Assembly: GCF_963506605.1 (NCBI RefSeq)
Contig: NC_083280.1
Coordinates: 69,192,001-69,256,000 of the forward strand
Direction: 5' to 3'
DNA length: 64,000 nucleotides
Source: Zootoca vivipara
Lineage: Eukaryota
Positions within the stretch are counted from its first letter, which is position 1; every line of letters starts with the position of its first letter. Both the position numbers and the translations under genes were made by a program. Below the pieces are notes generated by a model that was not told the origin of the DNA, did not search any database, and saw only the letters and a list, made by a program, of their open reading frames with translations. Shown one piece after another: positions 1 through 11,319 of this stretch.

Positions 1-1483
1 CAGTATTGAGTTAACTTAACATTGCATGGCACAGATGTGGGCAAGTCATGGTAGCCCAAGTGACCTTCTGTCCTTGGGAATTGGGAAAGAATGGTTCAGA
101 GTCCTAAAAGTTCTCCTGACCTCTGAATAGAAGTGTTTTGCTGTCTCAGCATTGCGCGAGCACTGCGGCAGCCGTGGTGCTTTGATGTTTTAGGATGTGG
201 CCCATTGGGTTCTCCCTCTGTGCCCTTCCAAAACTCTTCTATAATTGTACTCCCTGAATATTGGCAGAGCAGCCCTAATGATGATGCTCCAGCTCAGCAA
301 CACAGGCTTGGCTCCTCAGGCAGAGGACTTCTTCGGCTGAAGTCCTACTGAGCTGAGGTAGTCAACTCCTAAGTTTTATGAACCATCCTATATCTGGTGA
401 TGGAGAAGAGCTAAAGTAGGAGTGGGAAAGCTGTGCTTCTCCAAATGTTTTTTGGCCTACAACTCCCATCATCCCTCACCATTAGCTAAGCTGGCTGAGG
501 CTCATGGGAATCCAACAACATCTGAAGGTCCACAATTTACCTAACTCCTGACCTAAAGTTATCCAAAAGTGATTTTAATTTGGTATATTCTATCACATAT
601 GTTGACAGAAGTATACAGTTTAACATCTGAATTTTCACTCTGTTGACCTTTGGGTTGTTTGAAGTATAATCTGTTTCTGAATGAAGTCTGAACATACTTT
701 TGTTTGAATAAGGCCTTTCTCGGGTATTGTAGGCACTGATATGTCCCCCCACCCCACTGCCACTTGCTTAGTTGAGTTTTGTTTTGTATCTTACTTGATA
801 AAAAGAGTTCAGACAGGATATTTGATGAAAGATGTTTGCACCCAGAATATCTGAGCTAATCTCTTCCCTCTGTCATGCTTCGTAAAATGTTTGTATAAAG
901 TGAGCAGTCTCGGGACAGGGTAGAGAATATGAAATTCTGTTCAAGCATTCAGAAATGTTATACAGAACTACACAAAATGCATTGGGTGACTGATTTGTTT
1001 TCTGTTATACAAATGTCTCTTTTAACCACCCAAATAGCTTTTTGTGGCCAGGAGATTCATTAACCTCTTTTTAGAGTGGGCTGAAATCATTCAGGATATT
1101 TGGCGTTATTTCAATCCGTTTCAACACACACCTCCTCCCTTTGGGTGTGTATCTGTCTGTAAAGAAAAATGGTCCAGAATATATCACCCTTGACATAACT
1201 GGAAAGGGTTTTGCTTCAAAAGCAATAACATGGAAATCCTCCAAGGGCTGCTGCCTCCAATCTTTATTTCAACATTAAATTTTGTTGCTGGTTTTGTTTG
1301 TCCACTAGAGACCTTAGAATGTGTTTGTTTTTTGACCAGCAGAAATCTGGGACTACTAAAACATCCTTCATAATTCCTCAGGCCCTGGGCGTTCTTGGTT
1401 TGCAGGTGGTTTTTCATTTTTATATCTCTCCGCCACACCTTCCCACCCTCATAATGGAACAAAATTAATTGGCAGAGGATTGG

Positions 1484-1600
1484 ATACCCTACACATCTTT
1501 CTGGTTTGCCCCAGCCACTCTGGGCAGCTTCCAACATATATAAAAACAAAATAAAACATCAAACTTTTTTTTAAAAAAACTTCCCTGTACAGACAGCTCC
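1484..1600 (-). mobile_element. L2 3'-end fragment
   Basis: Shares ccccagccactctgggc...aaacttccctg with the copy at 3547-4418. Confidence 0.75.
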
Positions 1601-1614
1601 GGGTTAGATAACTC

Positions 1615-1752
1615 CATACCCTTCAACATTTCTCCAATGAAAATGGGGACATTCTAAGGAAAAATGGGACATTCCGATACCAAATCAGAAACCAGGATGG
1701 CTTCTCTAGATCAGGGATGTCCCTGGAAAAGAGAGACACTTTTGAGGGTCTG
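1615..1752. mobile_element. Short non-autonomous DNA transposon (hAT-like)
   Basis: Imperfect inverted ends cataccct...agggtctg and internal gggaca repeats; no clear TSD. Confidence 0.45.
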
Positions 1753-3305
1753 GTAATATACAATATCAGTTTAGGTCCTCTGCAACCCTTGCAACACCTC
1801 TGCTCATTTGCAGCTAGGATAATTTTGCTAAACCTAAGCTTAGTTCTGAATTTTCCCACAGACCTCTAGATCCTTTCCAACAGATCCTGGCCATCTTTTC
1901 TTTTTTTTACAAGCTCCACAAGAGATACATAGATAGACCAGAAGTTACTGCCACCAGCTCACGTCAAGGATGCAATAATCATCCGTACATCTTAAGTTAA
2001 GCATATGTTCATATAAGCCCTCCAAATAGGTATCCAGGCAAAATTGATGTCGACATGAAATATGGTCAATGTAGCCAGGGCAGTGAGGTCCTTAGATCAT
2101 TGTGTGATAGATGGTACCAGAATCTCTTTGTAGGCCAAATTGCACATGCCCAATTTAGCCCCAAGTCTCCTGCTTTGGCATTTTGCAGTCGGCAGATCTG
2201 AAAATGTTCTGCAGTTACTGTAGCCATATCAATGCTGATGCTGCCTTTGCCACAAGCAAAGGAATGCTGTAAACTGCAAACACTTGGCCTAGCAAACAGC
2301 AAGTTCCTTGCTTGTTAATGCTTCTGGGGATATGCCCCAAATTGGCTCACCTGGAATGCTGGCTTCTGTTTGAACATCTCGAAGAAAGCTCATTAGCATG
2401 GGTTAGTTGAAAACATGTTAGCTTTTAATTAATTATAAAAAGCCTTCATGTGAACAAAAGCTTAATAGCTCTTCCCAGGTCAGCCTAGTAAGAGCGTTCA
2501 GCGAACACAGTGACCCAGTTTGCAGGACTCTCTTGTAATTTTTATTAACCTTCTGCAAAATCTGCAGTAGCCGGAGCACCTACGGTTTTTCTATTTGCTG
2601 CTGACCTGGTTGTAACTCTGCAGGAATGTGAATTTAAATCACTTTGGAGGAGTGTGGGAAAGGGATGAGGGAGGGAGGATCAACAGGAGCAAGGCTCCTT
2701 TCCCCCAGGCCAAGAGGGAAAGCCCACTTATGCTGCTTTGCATTTGCAGTTATGCAGGCAGAACAAAATGCTGTGCTAAATTTATAGAGCTGGGCGATAT
2801 ATTGATAAATTATCTGAAACCAGTATGACGTTCAGATCAAGATACCAGTTTGAGACCATTTTAGCTGGCTATAGATTGTGCGAGCTCAAATTTCCTGCAG
2901 ATGCCTACCTGCACCTTTGAGGAAGCCCCATGCCACTCCAGCTTGCATGAGCCAGAAGGGTATGGGAGCTTGCTCAGATGAGGGGCAGAAGGTTTCCCAC
3001 CCCCCAGCTGAGCAGTTCAACGACACCCCAATGTCCCTCCGGCTTGTGCGTATTAGGGCTTTGTAGAGTCGGCTGGTGCAGCTTGACTGCTTCTTCCTCC
3101 CCTAAGGCGGGGAAGAAGAAGAAGCCAAGATACATTCCAGAGTCAGAAGTTGTGATACAGCAGCATATCGCTGTATTTACCGTAGCTACTGATATATCAT
3201 GATGTTGAAAACCAGATATTGCTCAGCCCTAGTTGCAAAGGGAAAGGTCACAATAGCTGAGGAAGGATTGCCAAGTGCTTTAGGTGATTGTGTGGGTAAG
3301 GCCTA

Positions 3306-3527
3306 CTTATTTATTTACTCCATTTATATCCCACCCCTCCTTTAAGGAGGTAAAGGCAGTATAATCGCCAATTGCCCTGCACCAATTTTAGGCTAGCAAC
3401 TATCTTGTGAAGTATGCTGAGAGTGAGTGACTGGTCCAGGGTCACCTTGCGAGCCACATGGCTATGTGGAATTTGAACCTGGATCTTCCTGCCCCTGGTC
3501 TGACACTCAATCAGTAAACCACACTAG
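3306..3527 (-). mobile_element. tRNA-derived MIR/CORE-like SINE (related copies ~9705-9925 +, ~10306-10460 -)
   Basis: B-box-like gaacc segment, ccaaggtcacc-type core and a tttatt tail shared among the copies. Confidence 0.65.
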
Positions 3528-3546
3528 CAATGTTGCGTACATGGGT

Positions 3547-4418
3547 ATAAATAATAATAATTTATTATTTATATCCCGCCCATCTGGCTGAGTCTCCCCA
3601 GCCACTCTGGGCGGCTCCCAATTGAATATTAAAACATTACAACATTAAATATTAAAAGCTTCCCTAAACAGGGCTGCCTTCAGATGTCTTTTAAAATTAG
3701 GATAGCTGTTTATTTCCTTGACATCTGATGGAAGGGCATTCCACAGGGCGGGTGCTGCTACCAAGAAGGCCCTCTGCCTGGTTCCCTGTAACCTCACTTC
3801 TCGCAATGAGGGAACCGCCAGAAGGCCCTCGGCGCTGGATCTCAGTGTCCGGGCTGACCAGTGCGGGTGGAGATGCTCCTTCAGGTATACAGGACCAAGG
3901 CTGTTTAGGGCTTTAAAGGTCAACACCAACACTTTGAATTGTGCTCGGAAACGTACTGGGAGCCAGTGTAGATCTCTCAGGACCGGTGTTATGTGGTCCC
4001 AGCGGCTGCTCCTAGTCACCAGGCTAGCTGCCGCATTCTGGATTAGTTGCAGTTTCCAGGTCACCTTCAAAGGTAGTCCCACGTAGAGCGCATTGCAGTA
4101 ATCCAAGCGGGAGATAACCAGAGCATGCACCACTCTGGCGAGGCAGTCCGCTGGCAGGTAGGGTCTCAGCCTACGTACCAGATGGAGCTGATAGACAGCT
4201 GCCCTGGACACAGAATTACCCTGCGCCTCCATGGATAGCTGTGAGTCCAGAATGACTCCCAGGACGCGCACCTGGTCCTTCAGGGGCACAGTTACTCCAT
4301 TCAGGACCAGGGAGTCCTCCACACCTGCCCGCCTCCTGTCCCCTACAAACAGTACTTCTGTCTTGTCAGGATTCAACCTCAATCCATTAACCGCCATCCA
4401 TCCTCCAACCGCACATTG
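3547..4418 (-). mobile_element. 5'-truncated L2-clade LINE (ORF2 C-terminus intact, 3'UTR, TAA-rich tail)
   Basis: ORF 3645-4478 contains LNPDKTE, LGVILDSQLS, SRLDYCNALY, LQLIQNAAA and HITPVLRDLHWLPV, all typical of L2 ORF2. The N-terminal ~20 aa of the ORF are flanking DNA. Confidence 0.93.
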
Positions 4419-6981
4419 CATTTTATAGATTGAGCTATATTGTAGATTTGATAGGATCCCCAAAACCACAAGTTTCATTCTGTGAGTCCAGTAGGGTTCA
4501 GGCTTGTTTTTCTGCCTTATTTACGGTATGCTACATGACAAACCCCTTCGAAACTGAGGAGTTTTTAGTACAGTTTACAACATGGAAGTCAGCTGCTCAA
4601 AGAAAAGGGTCAGTCCTATATGGCAGCATCTTTAGGTGCTGGCCAAAATGTTCCAGTTAATTTATTGTTTCCTGGCACTAGATCACAAATTGACTGGTAT
4701 GCATCTGGGCTGCTTTACATAGCATGTGAATAACCCAAAACGCATGTCCTAGACACCACTAGCTGGTACAGAGGATACTTGCAAAAGCTTGAAAGCCATC
4801 CCAAGAGGTATAGTCACAAATCTCTGGCAAGCGATTATCTGTGAATAGAGGATCATCAACAACATTATGCAGAGGTGTGCTTGCCCCATCTGTTTTGTGT
4901 CATCTTGGGTCTCAGATTCATTAGGCTTCAGGACAGTAACAAACTGTTTTTGTTCATTACTCCAGAGGCACTTTGGAAAGGAGACCTTCACTGTTTCTGT
5001 CTGTTGTTGGCATGTCCTTATCAACTTAAATGGGAAGGTGAAACCTGACTAAGACTCAGGACTATATGGCAATATATGCAAAAACCCTGAGATTAATCTG
5101 CTCTGACTACCTTATAAATGTGGGGAGGAGAAACCAACTCGGCTGCCCTAATTTAATTATAATTCATGGGTGTTTTAGGCGCGTACAAATGTTCCGTGTC
5201 ACAATAGGCAATCGCGGAGCCCTCTTACTAGGGCTGAATTGCCTTCATCCGGTGCATCCATTAGCTTGAATTACAGTTCATTATAAAGTCAAATGCCTTG
5301 CCTCTACCCAAGTGCGGTTTGTGCCTAAGGGAGCATTGGATTGAAAGACAGGTTTTCAGATAGGTCAAGTGTGCATGTTTTATAATTTTTAATAGCTTAA
5401 AACACTGGCAAGCTGTAAATGAACTTGCCGTTTCCCCTCGACGTATCTATACTTGTTTTCGCCTCGAAACCTCGAGTGATGCAGCATAATTTACCATGTG
5501 TCTCCTTGTGAGCGTTGGTTACAGATAATGAGGTTTCCCTGCTGTTCACTTGGCAAAAGACTGATTCAGAATTGTTTAGCCCAATTGAGCTAGAATTTAT
5601 GCAGAAATTGCTTGGAAATTAAGCCCCCCCCCTTCTTCCTTCACAGAATATGTTTTGTCATACACCCTGCCCACTCATGAGCATGCACGAATACATCAGC
5701 CTGTAAAATGCCAGGAGCACCCAATGGAGTTTCTTCTTTCTTCGTCTTCAATTGTACATAAAGGGGCCTAAGGGGTGGAAGATTTAAAGCATGAATACTC
5801 CTATTTCTCTGAAGGTCAAAAAAAAAATAGATCACAGTGTAGCAAGTAAAGCACAGTTATGAATGCCTCTTGGGTTTTCTCACTTTTTATCTAGGGAATA
5901 AAAACCATAGGAAGCTGTTTTTATCCCAGAATGGCTGCTCACCCTTCTCAGGTGGGCACCGGTTGCCGACCTTGGCCCTGTCCCACCGTTCCCACCAGCA
6001 GAAGCCCACATGTTTGCCAGCCGTTTGGGGAGCAGAAATATGGGGCAGGATTCCCCACCAGAAAGTCAAAATTAAATGGGCCAATCAGAGGCCCCACTGG
6101 AGGGGCAGTACCTTGCCACCTGACTGGGCATTGGCTGTGGGCCATGCCCAGGCAGGCGGCACCGCATCTAGTCTAATTTTCCCATGCAGAGTGGCAGCTT
6201 GCTTGCCGAAGTCTTTCCCATCATTTGCTGCACAGTCCTTTTCGCAGCTAGGATTGAACCTGATATCTTTAGTACACAAAGGGTGTGATCTGCCACCAAG
6301 CTGCTTTTCCTTTCATGGCTCCCAATGGAAGTGCCACCCGGTTTGCCGTTTTCTGAGTCACAACAAAGTGCAGAGGACTGTGTAAAGTTTTAAAATCAGG
6401 GCTGCATCTTGCCTTGTGTCTGAAATACTCAGACACATGCCCAGAAGTTAAAGATGTTTGAGAAAGTAGTGAGTTAACTGTGCAGCACCTGTTGAAGAAG
6501 AAGCTGCAACCGCCACAGTTTTGTGTCCCTCTATCTCTTTCCTGTAGAAAGTAGAAAAGGTGTGCCATAGAGGTTGCATCTTGTTTGCAAGGCTGTGATG
6601 TAATGATGGGTGTAAAAGTGGGGCACAGACCCCCAGAGTCACATACTCTGGTTATAAAATTGCCTTTGTTTTGAAACTAACCAAAAGGTTGGGTGGCTGT
6701 GGTGATAAAGCATGATGTTCAGTTTTTTCATGTGTCTGTGTTTTAATTGCTTTTGCTGAGAAAGGTACAAGTGCTATTAAACATTTTAAAAGGAGGTTGC
6801 AATTCAATATGCTCACTCTGCATGTTTTGTTGCAATTTGAGTGAGGCCTCATCTATATGTAGATGAGACCAAACTCTATATCTTCAGTTGGCAATGGCTG
6901 TATAATTTTGTCGATGCTACATGTCTGGTCTCGGTACATATATGATTCCAGTGAAAGTGAATCTATACCAGGTGTAAACAA

Positions 6982-7114
6982 GCAGGGATGGCTAACCTTT
7001 GGCCCGCCAGATATTAGTGGACTACAACTCCCATCATCCCTAGTCAGCATGGCTGGTGGTCATGGGAGTTGTAGTCCTACAAACATTTGGAGGATCACAG
7101 ATTTCCCAACCCTG
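6982..7114. mobile_element. Degenerate copy of the same MITE superfamily (others ~418-540, ~36750-36850, ~55480-55598)
   Basis: ggactacaactcccatcatccc ... gggagttgtagtcc inverted core. Confidence 0.7.
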
Positions 7115-8541
7115 CAATAAAGATTAGAAACCCTGCGATACTGAGTGGCTTACCTGGAGGACGCAGCAGGAGAGGAATTGCAAATGAATTAGTTCATTGA
7201 CCCTGAAAATGGGACGCAGATAAAACCACCAATGTGCCTGTGAGACGGGTTATTTTTCTTCGGCGGCTGTGCTTTTAAGCATGAGTATTGATGCTCTTGG
7301 CAGCTCTGGAGTTTCCATTATGCTAATCAGCAAGTTGCCAACCAAGGGAGCCTTTCTTCAGGTTATTAAGCTCAAGGAAGAAATTGGCCTGCTTTCCGCC
7401 GCAGAAGATGAAGAAACCAAAGGGGGCTAGGTCATGGCTGGCACTGCAGGGTTTTGCTTTTCGTCGTGATGAAATCTGCTGAGAGACAGCATTTCTGCTG
7501 CCGGCCTCATGTCCTCCTTAGCACAGGTGTGGGCCGAAGGAAACTAATGAGAGCAATCATAGATAGGAGAGCAAAAGGAGAAGGTGGGTAGAAAAGGGCG
7601 AAGGGACAGGATTGGCATTTGTGAAGAGATTGTCCTAGAGATTACGTGACAGCGGATCTTTTCCATTGTTATAAGAAACTAGTTTTAGTTTCTTTAGTTT
7701 CTATGATCAACTTGGGGTTGAGCTTTCCAACTGAGCTGCCCCATATACAGCCAGTCCACGGTGTGGCACTTCCTCCTCCTCCTCCCTCTCCATGGCCTCC
7801 TTGTAGAAATCAACAGGGATGAGGACAGGAACAAAAATAAACTTAGTTGGCTCTGCCTTTCATTTGTTCTGACTGTGCCTACTGCAGGTCTCCCTGCTTT
7901 TTCTACCATACCAATCCCAATCTGCATCAGCCATCACTGCCCAGGATTTTAAATATGCTTGGCTGAGTCTCCCCTCTCCATTCCCTTCCCCTGGGCAACA
8001 AGGGTGCAGAGATGTGACAGCAGGGCTGGGGCCAACAGCTGCAGGCTCCACACTTGATATTGGTCATATGAGAGAATAATGCCTAAATAGGGCTATATAG
8101 ATAACAGCAGTGTGGATAACCAGTAGCTGGCAGAGTGGTTGAAGATGCAAGTTTCATCCTAGATATGCTATCTTCCTTTTTGGATGCCTGTTTTTAATCG
8201 ATGACATGTGAAATCTTGAATCTCAATATTTGTCATAAAATGCATTCCATTTATTGCACAGCAATTATTGCGGGCAAATTTGTTTGTCAATGTGCTTAGC
8301 CGTCTTTGGGCATCTTGGCTCTCCAGGTATCACTTTTCACATGGCAAACATTATGAAACTTGTTTGTTGCGTGCTCTCATTTCCTTGGGGATCACTTCTG
8401 TTTTCCCTGAGTGGAGTCCAGTAAGAACTGAGTGGGCTTCACTTCTCATTTCTCATTTTCTTTGGCATGCCATGAATGTTTTGGGGCAGAATTCTCTCCG
8501 TGAGAATTTCAAAAAGGAAGCCAGACAATCCAACTTCAGAT

Positions 8542-8543
<2 letters not shown>

Positions 8544-8575
<32 letters not shown>
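8544..8575. repeat. (TG)n microsatellite
   Basis: Direct reading. Confidence 0.95.
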
Positions 8576-8577
<2 letters not shown>

Positions 8578-9068
8578 ACAATAAATACTAGAGTCCAACT
8601 AAGTTCAACTCAAGCCTGTTGAAATGAATGTAATTTCAGTAGGTCTACTCTGATTAGAAGTATCATTAGACAAAACCCTTGGAGAGGAGTATCTTCGCTG
8701 ATCACTAATTAGGATTTTTCATTTTCTCCCTCTCCTTGACCCATAGTTTCATCTAGCTTGTCTGGATTGTAGTATATTGCTTAATCTATGGTGACTACAT
8801 ATTTAAAGAGTTGTTAGGGGCAGGCTCTGGGATGTGAATGTGTTAACACATGGTGCAGCCTACCAATATTTCCTCTTGTGCAGCCCCCATTCTGACAAAT
8901 GGGAGCTGTTCAGGGAGCATTCCCACCCATTCAGTTAGGGTACCAGACAGGGCAAAGACTCCCGGCGAGCTTTGTACTGCTGGGAGCGAGTCATCAATGC
9001 TCTGCTGAACATGTTGGTGGCCGGGGACTGGATTGCCTGCATATTTCGGAGATTTCGAAGCTCTAATG

Positions 9069-9204
9069 CAGGCATCCCCAAACTTCGGCCCTCCAGATGT
9101 TTTGGACTACAATTCCCATGATCTCTAGCTAACAGGACCAGTGGTCAGGGATGATGGGAGTTGTAGGCCAAAACATCTGGAGGGCCGCAGTTTGGGGATG
9201 CCTG
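9069..9204. mobile_element. 136-bp palindromic hAT-type MITE
   Basis: TIR caggcatccccaaact; perfect 8-bp TSD ctctaatg (9061-9068 and 9205-9212). Confidence 0.92.
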
Positions 9205-9480
9205 CTCTAATGCATTGCCTTTGCTGGACCCTCCTAGCGCTCTCCTGATTTCTCCACTGCCGTGTCCAATGGATTGTAATGAAATGCCCATGAGCAGGAC
9301 AGGCAGGCTGCATCTGCTGTGATTGGCTTCAGCACTGCAGTTAGATGAGAAATTACATGCTGGTTGGAGCACATTTTCCAACTACCAGTTGTATTGGCTA
9401 TGAAGAGGACTCGCCCCTTCAGGCCAAAGTCAGGGTTGGGGGACAGAAAATCCTGACTGCTGTTGTTAGCAGTAAGATAA

Positions 9481-9714
<234 letters not shown>

Positions 9715-10691
9715 TAGTCCTCTTGGTCTAGAGCTGAGGAGACCCAAGCTCAGCCATAAAGCTCACAGACAGGTGGCTTACGGGCAGTGATCGTCTTTCG
9801 CCCTCTTCTGAAAGGAGGTCATAAGGAGGTTGGGAAGAAAAAATGGGTGTGGCAGGAGAGAGCCATGTATGCTGCCTTGAGCTCCTTGGGGGGAAAGATG
9901 GGATAGAATTATAATAAATAGTAATATTTTGGTAGCTTTTGTTTCCAAACGTAAAAACATAGGGTGGCAGTCATGGATGCTTTGGTTGAAATTCCTGCAT
10001 TGCAGGGTGTTAGACTCTTGGAGTCCCTTCCAACTCTATGCTTTGCTCAGAGTTGACCCATAAAAATTAACAGGTGAGACTAAGTTTTATTCCAAGTAAA
10101 ATAGAGTTGAATATCACCCATAGTGTCACACCATATTTTGGTTCCAAGGACTGTCAATAATCTCTTCATGGTAAGCATTCAAAATGAAAGTTCATGCTAC
10201 ATAACTCTAATAGTTTGCTCTGTACTTCCTTTTGTTTGGCGTCATTTATCCAGATGTGCTCAGAAAGATGGGCAGAAGAGAGCTAAAGTGGTGCCCATCA
10301 CTTAGTATTTATTTATTTATTTATCTATCATATTTATATCCCACCTTACCTCCAAGGAGCTCAAGGCAGCCCCCCCCCCATTTTATCCTCACAGCAGCCC
10401 TGTGAGGCAGGTTAGGCTGAGTGGCTGTGACTAGTCCAAGGTCACCCAGTAAACTTTGTGGCTGAGGTCCTACCAGGTGTTTCTCTCCTACAGTGTGTTC
10501 ATTCTTAGGCAATGGACGCTTAAGACGCACAAAGGAGCCATAGAGGCTTCTTCATTAGGGCAAATGGGACTCTGCCCCACCAACCTTATCCTGCCCTCAG
10601 CCAGTCCCCACCTGCCTGCTTCCTTCTTTACAATTAGTCCAGAGGGTGACACCCAGAGGGTGTCAGGTTTCTCAGTCTCGCTGTTGCCCTT

Positions 10692-11154
10692 TGTCAAGGG
10701 TGCTTTCCTTCCAAGGAATGCACACAGCAGGGAGCTAACTATTGTCCACAGTCGTTTCTACAGCTCTGGAGACCTACACTCACCAATCTAGCATCTAGGT
10801 CGCTCTTCCCAGTGCACTCCCTTATGGAGCAGCTGCAGCAGCTGGGGGCCACTCCCCCTCCACCAGTTTATGTACCTTCCCCCAACAGGCTGCGCACACG
10901 TAGCCGGAAGCTTGCTTCTGTTCCAACCACTTCAGGAGCACCGTGGTGCATGGGAGAACGGGGAAGCACCTGGCCCTTCACATCCGTGGCCTGCCTCTTC
11001 CTCCTCTTCCTCCAGCTCTGAAGCTTCCCCTGCCTCCGACTCTTGCCTCCTAGCTGGTACAGTTCCCCGCAGATCACTGGCCCCCTCTCCCAAGTCAGAC
11101 TCCAGACTCCCTTCCCCCAGGGCACACTCATCAGTGTCCTGCCAGTCCCTGACA
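10692..11154 (-). mobile_element. Solo LTR (Gypsy-like)
   Basis: TGTCA...TGACA termini, 463 bp, flanked by ccctt/cccct (5-bp TSD with one mismatch), purine-skewed interior. Confidence 0.65.
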
Positions 11155-11252
11155 CCCCTGTAGAATTCAGCAGGGAGGAGAATGGGAGCAAAACTAGAAG
11201 GAGCTGGCTACTGTTGGTCCCACTGCCTTCTCCATCAGTCCCTGTATGCACT

Positions 11253-11319
11253 TGTTGTTGTTTAGTCGTTTAGTTGTGTCCGACTCTTCATGACCCCATG
11301 GACCAGAGCACACCAGGCT
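11253..11319 (-). mobile_element. Extremely 5'-truncated RTE/BovB-type 3' end with (CAA)n tail
   Basis: tgtccgactcttcatgaccccatggac motif; perfect 11-bp TSD ctgtatgcact (11242-11252 and 11320-11330). Confidence 0.8.

Noticed and set aside
9069-9204. Hairpins that resemble pre-miRNAs
   Set aside because: Explained by MITE inverted repeats with TSDs; no small-RNA evidence.
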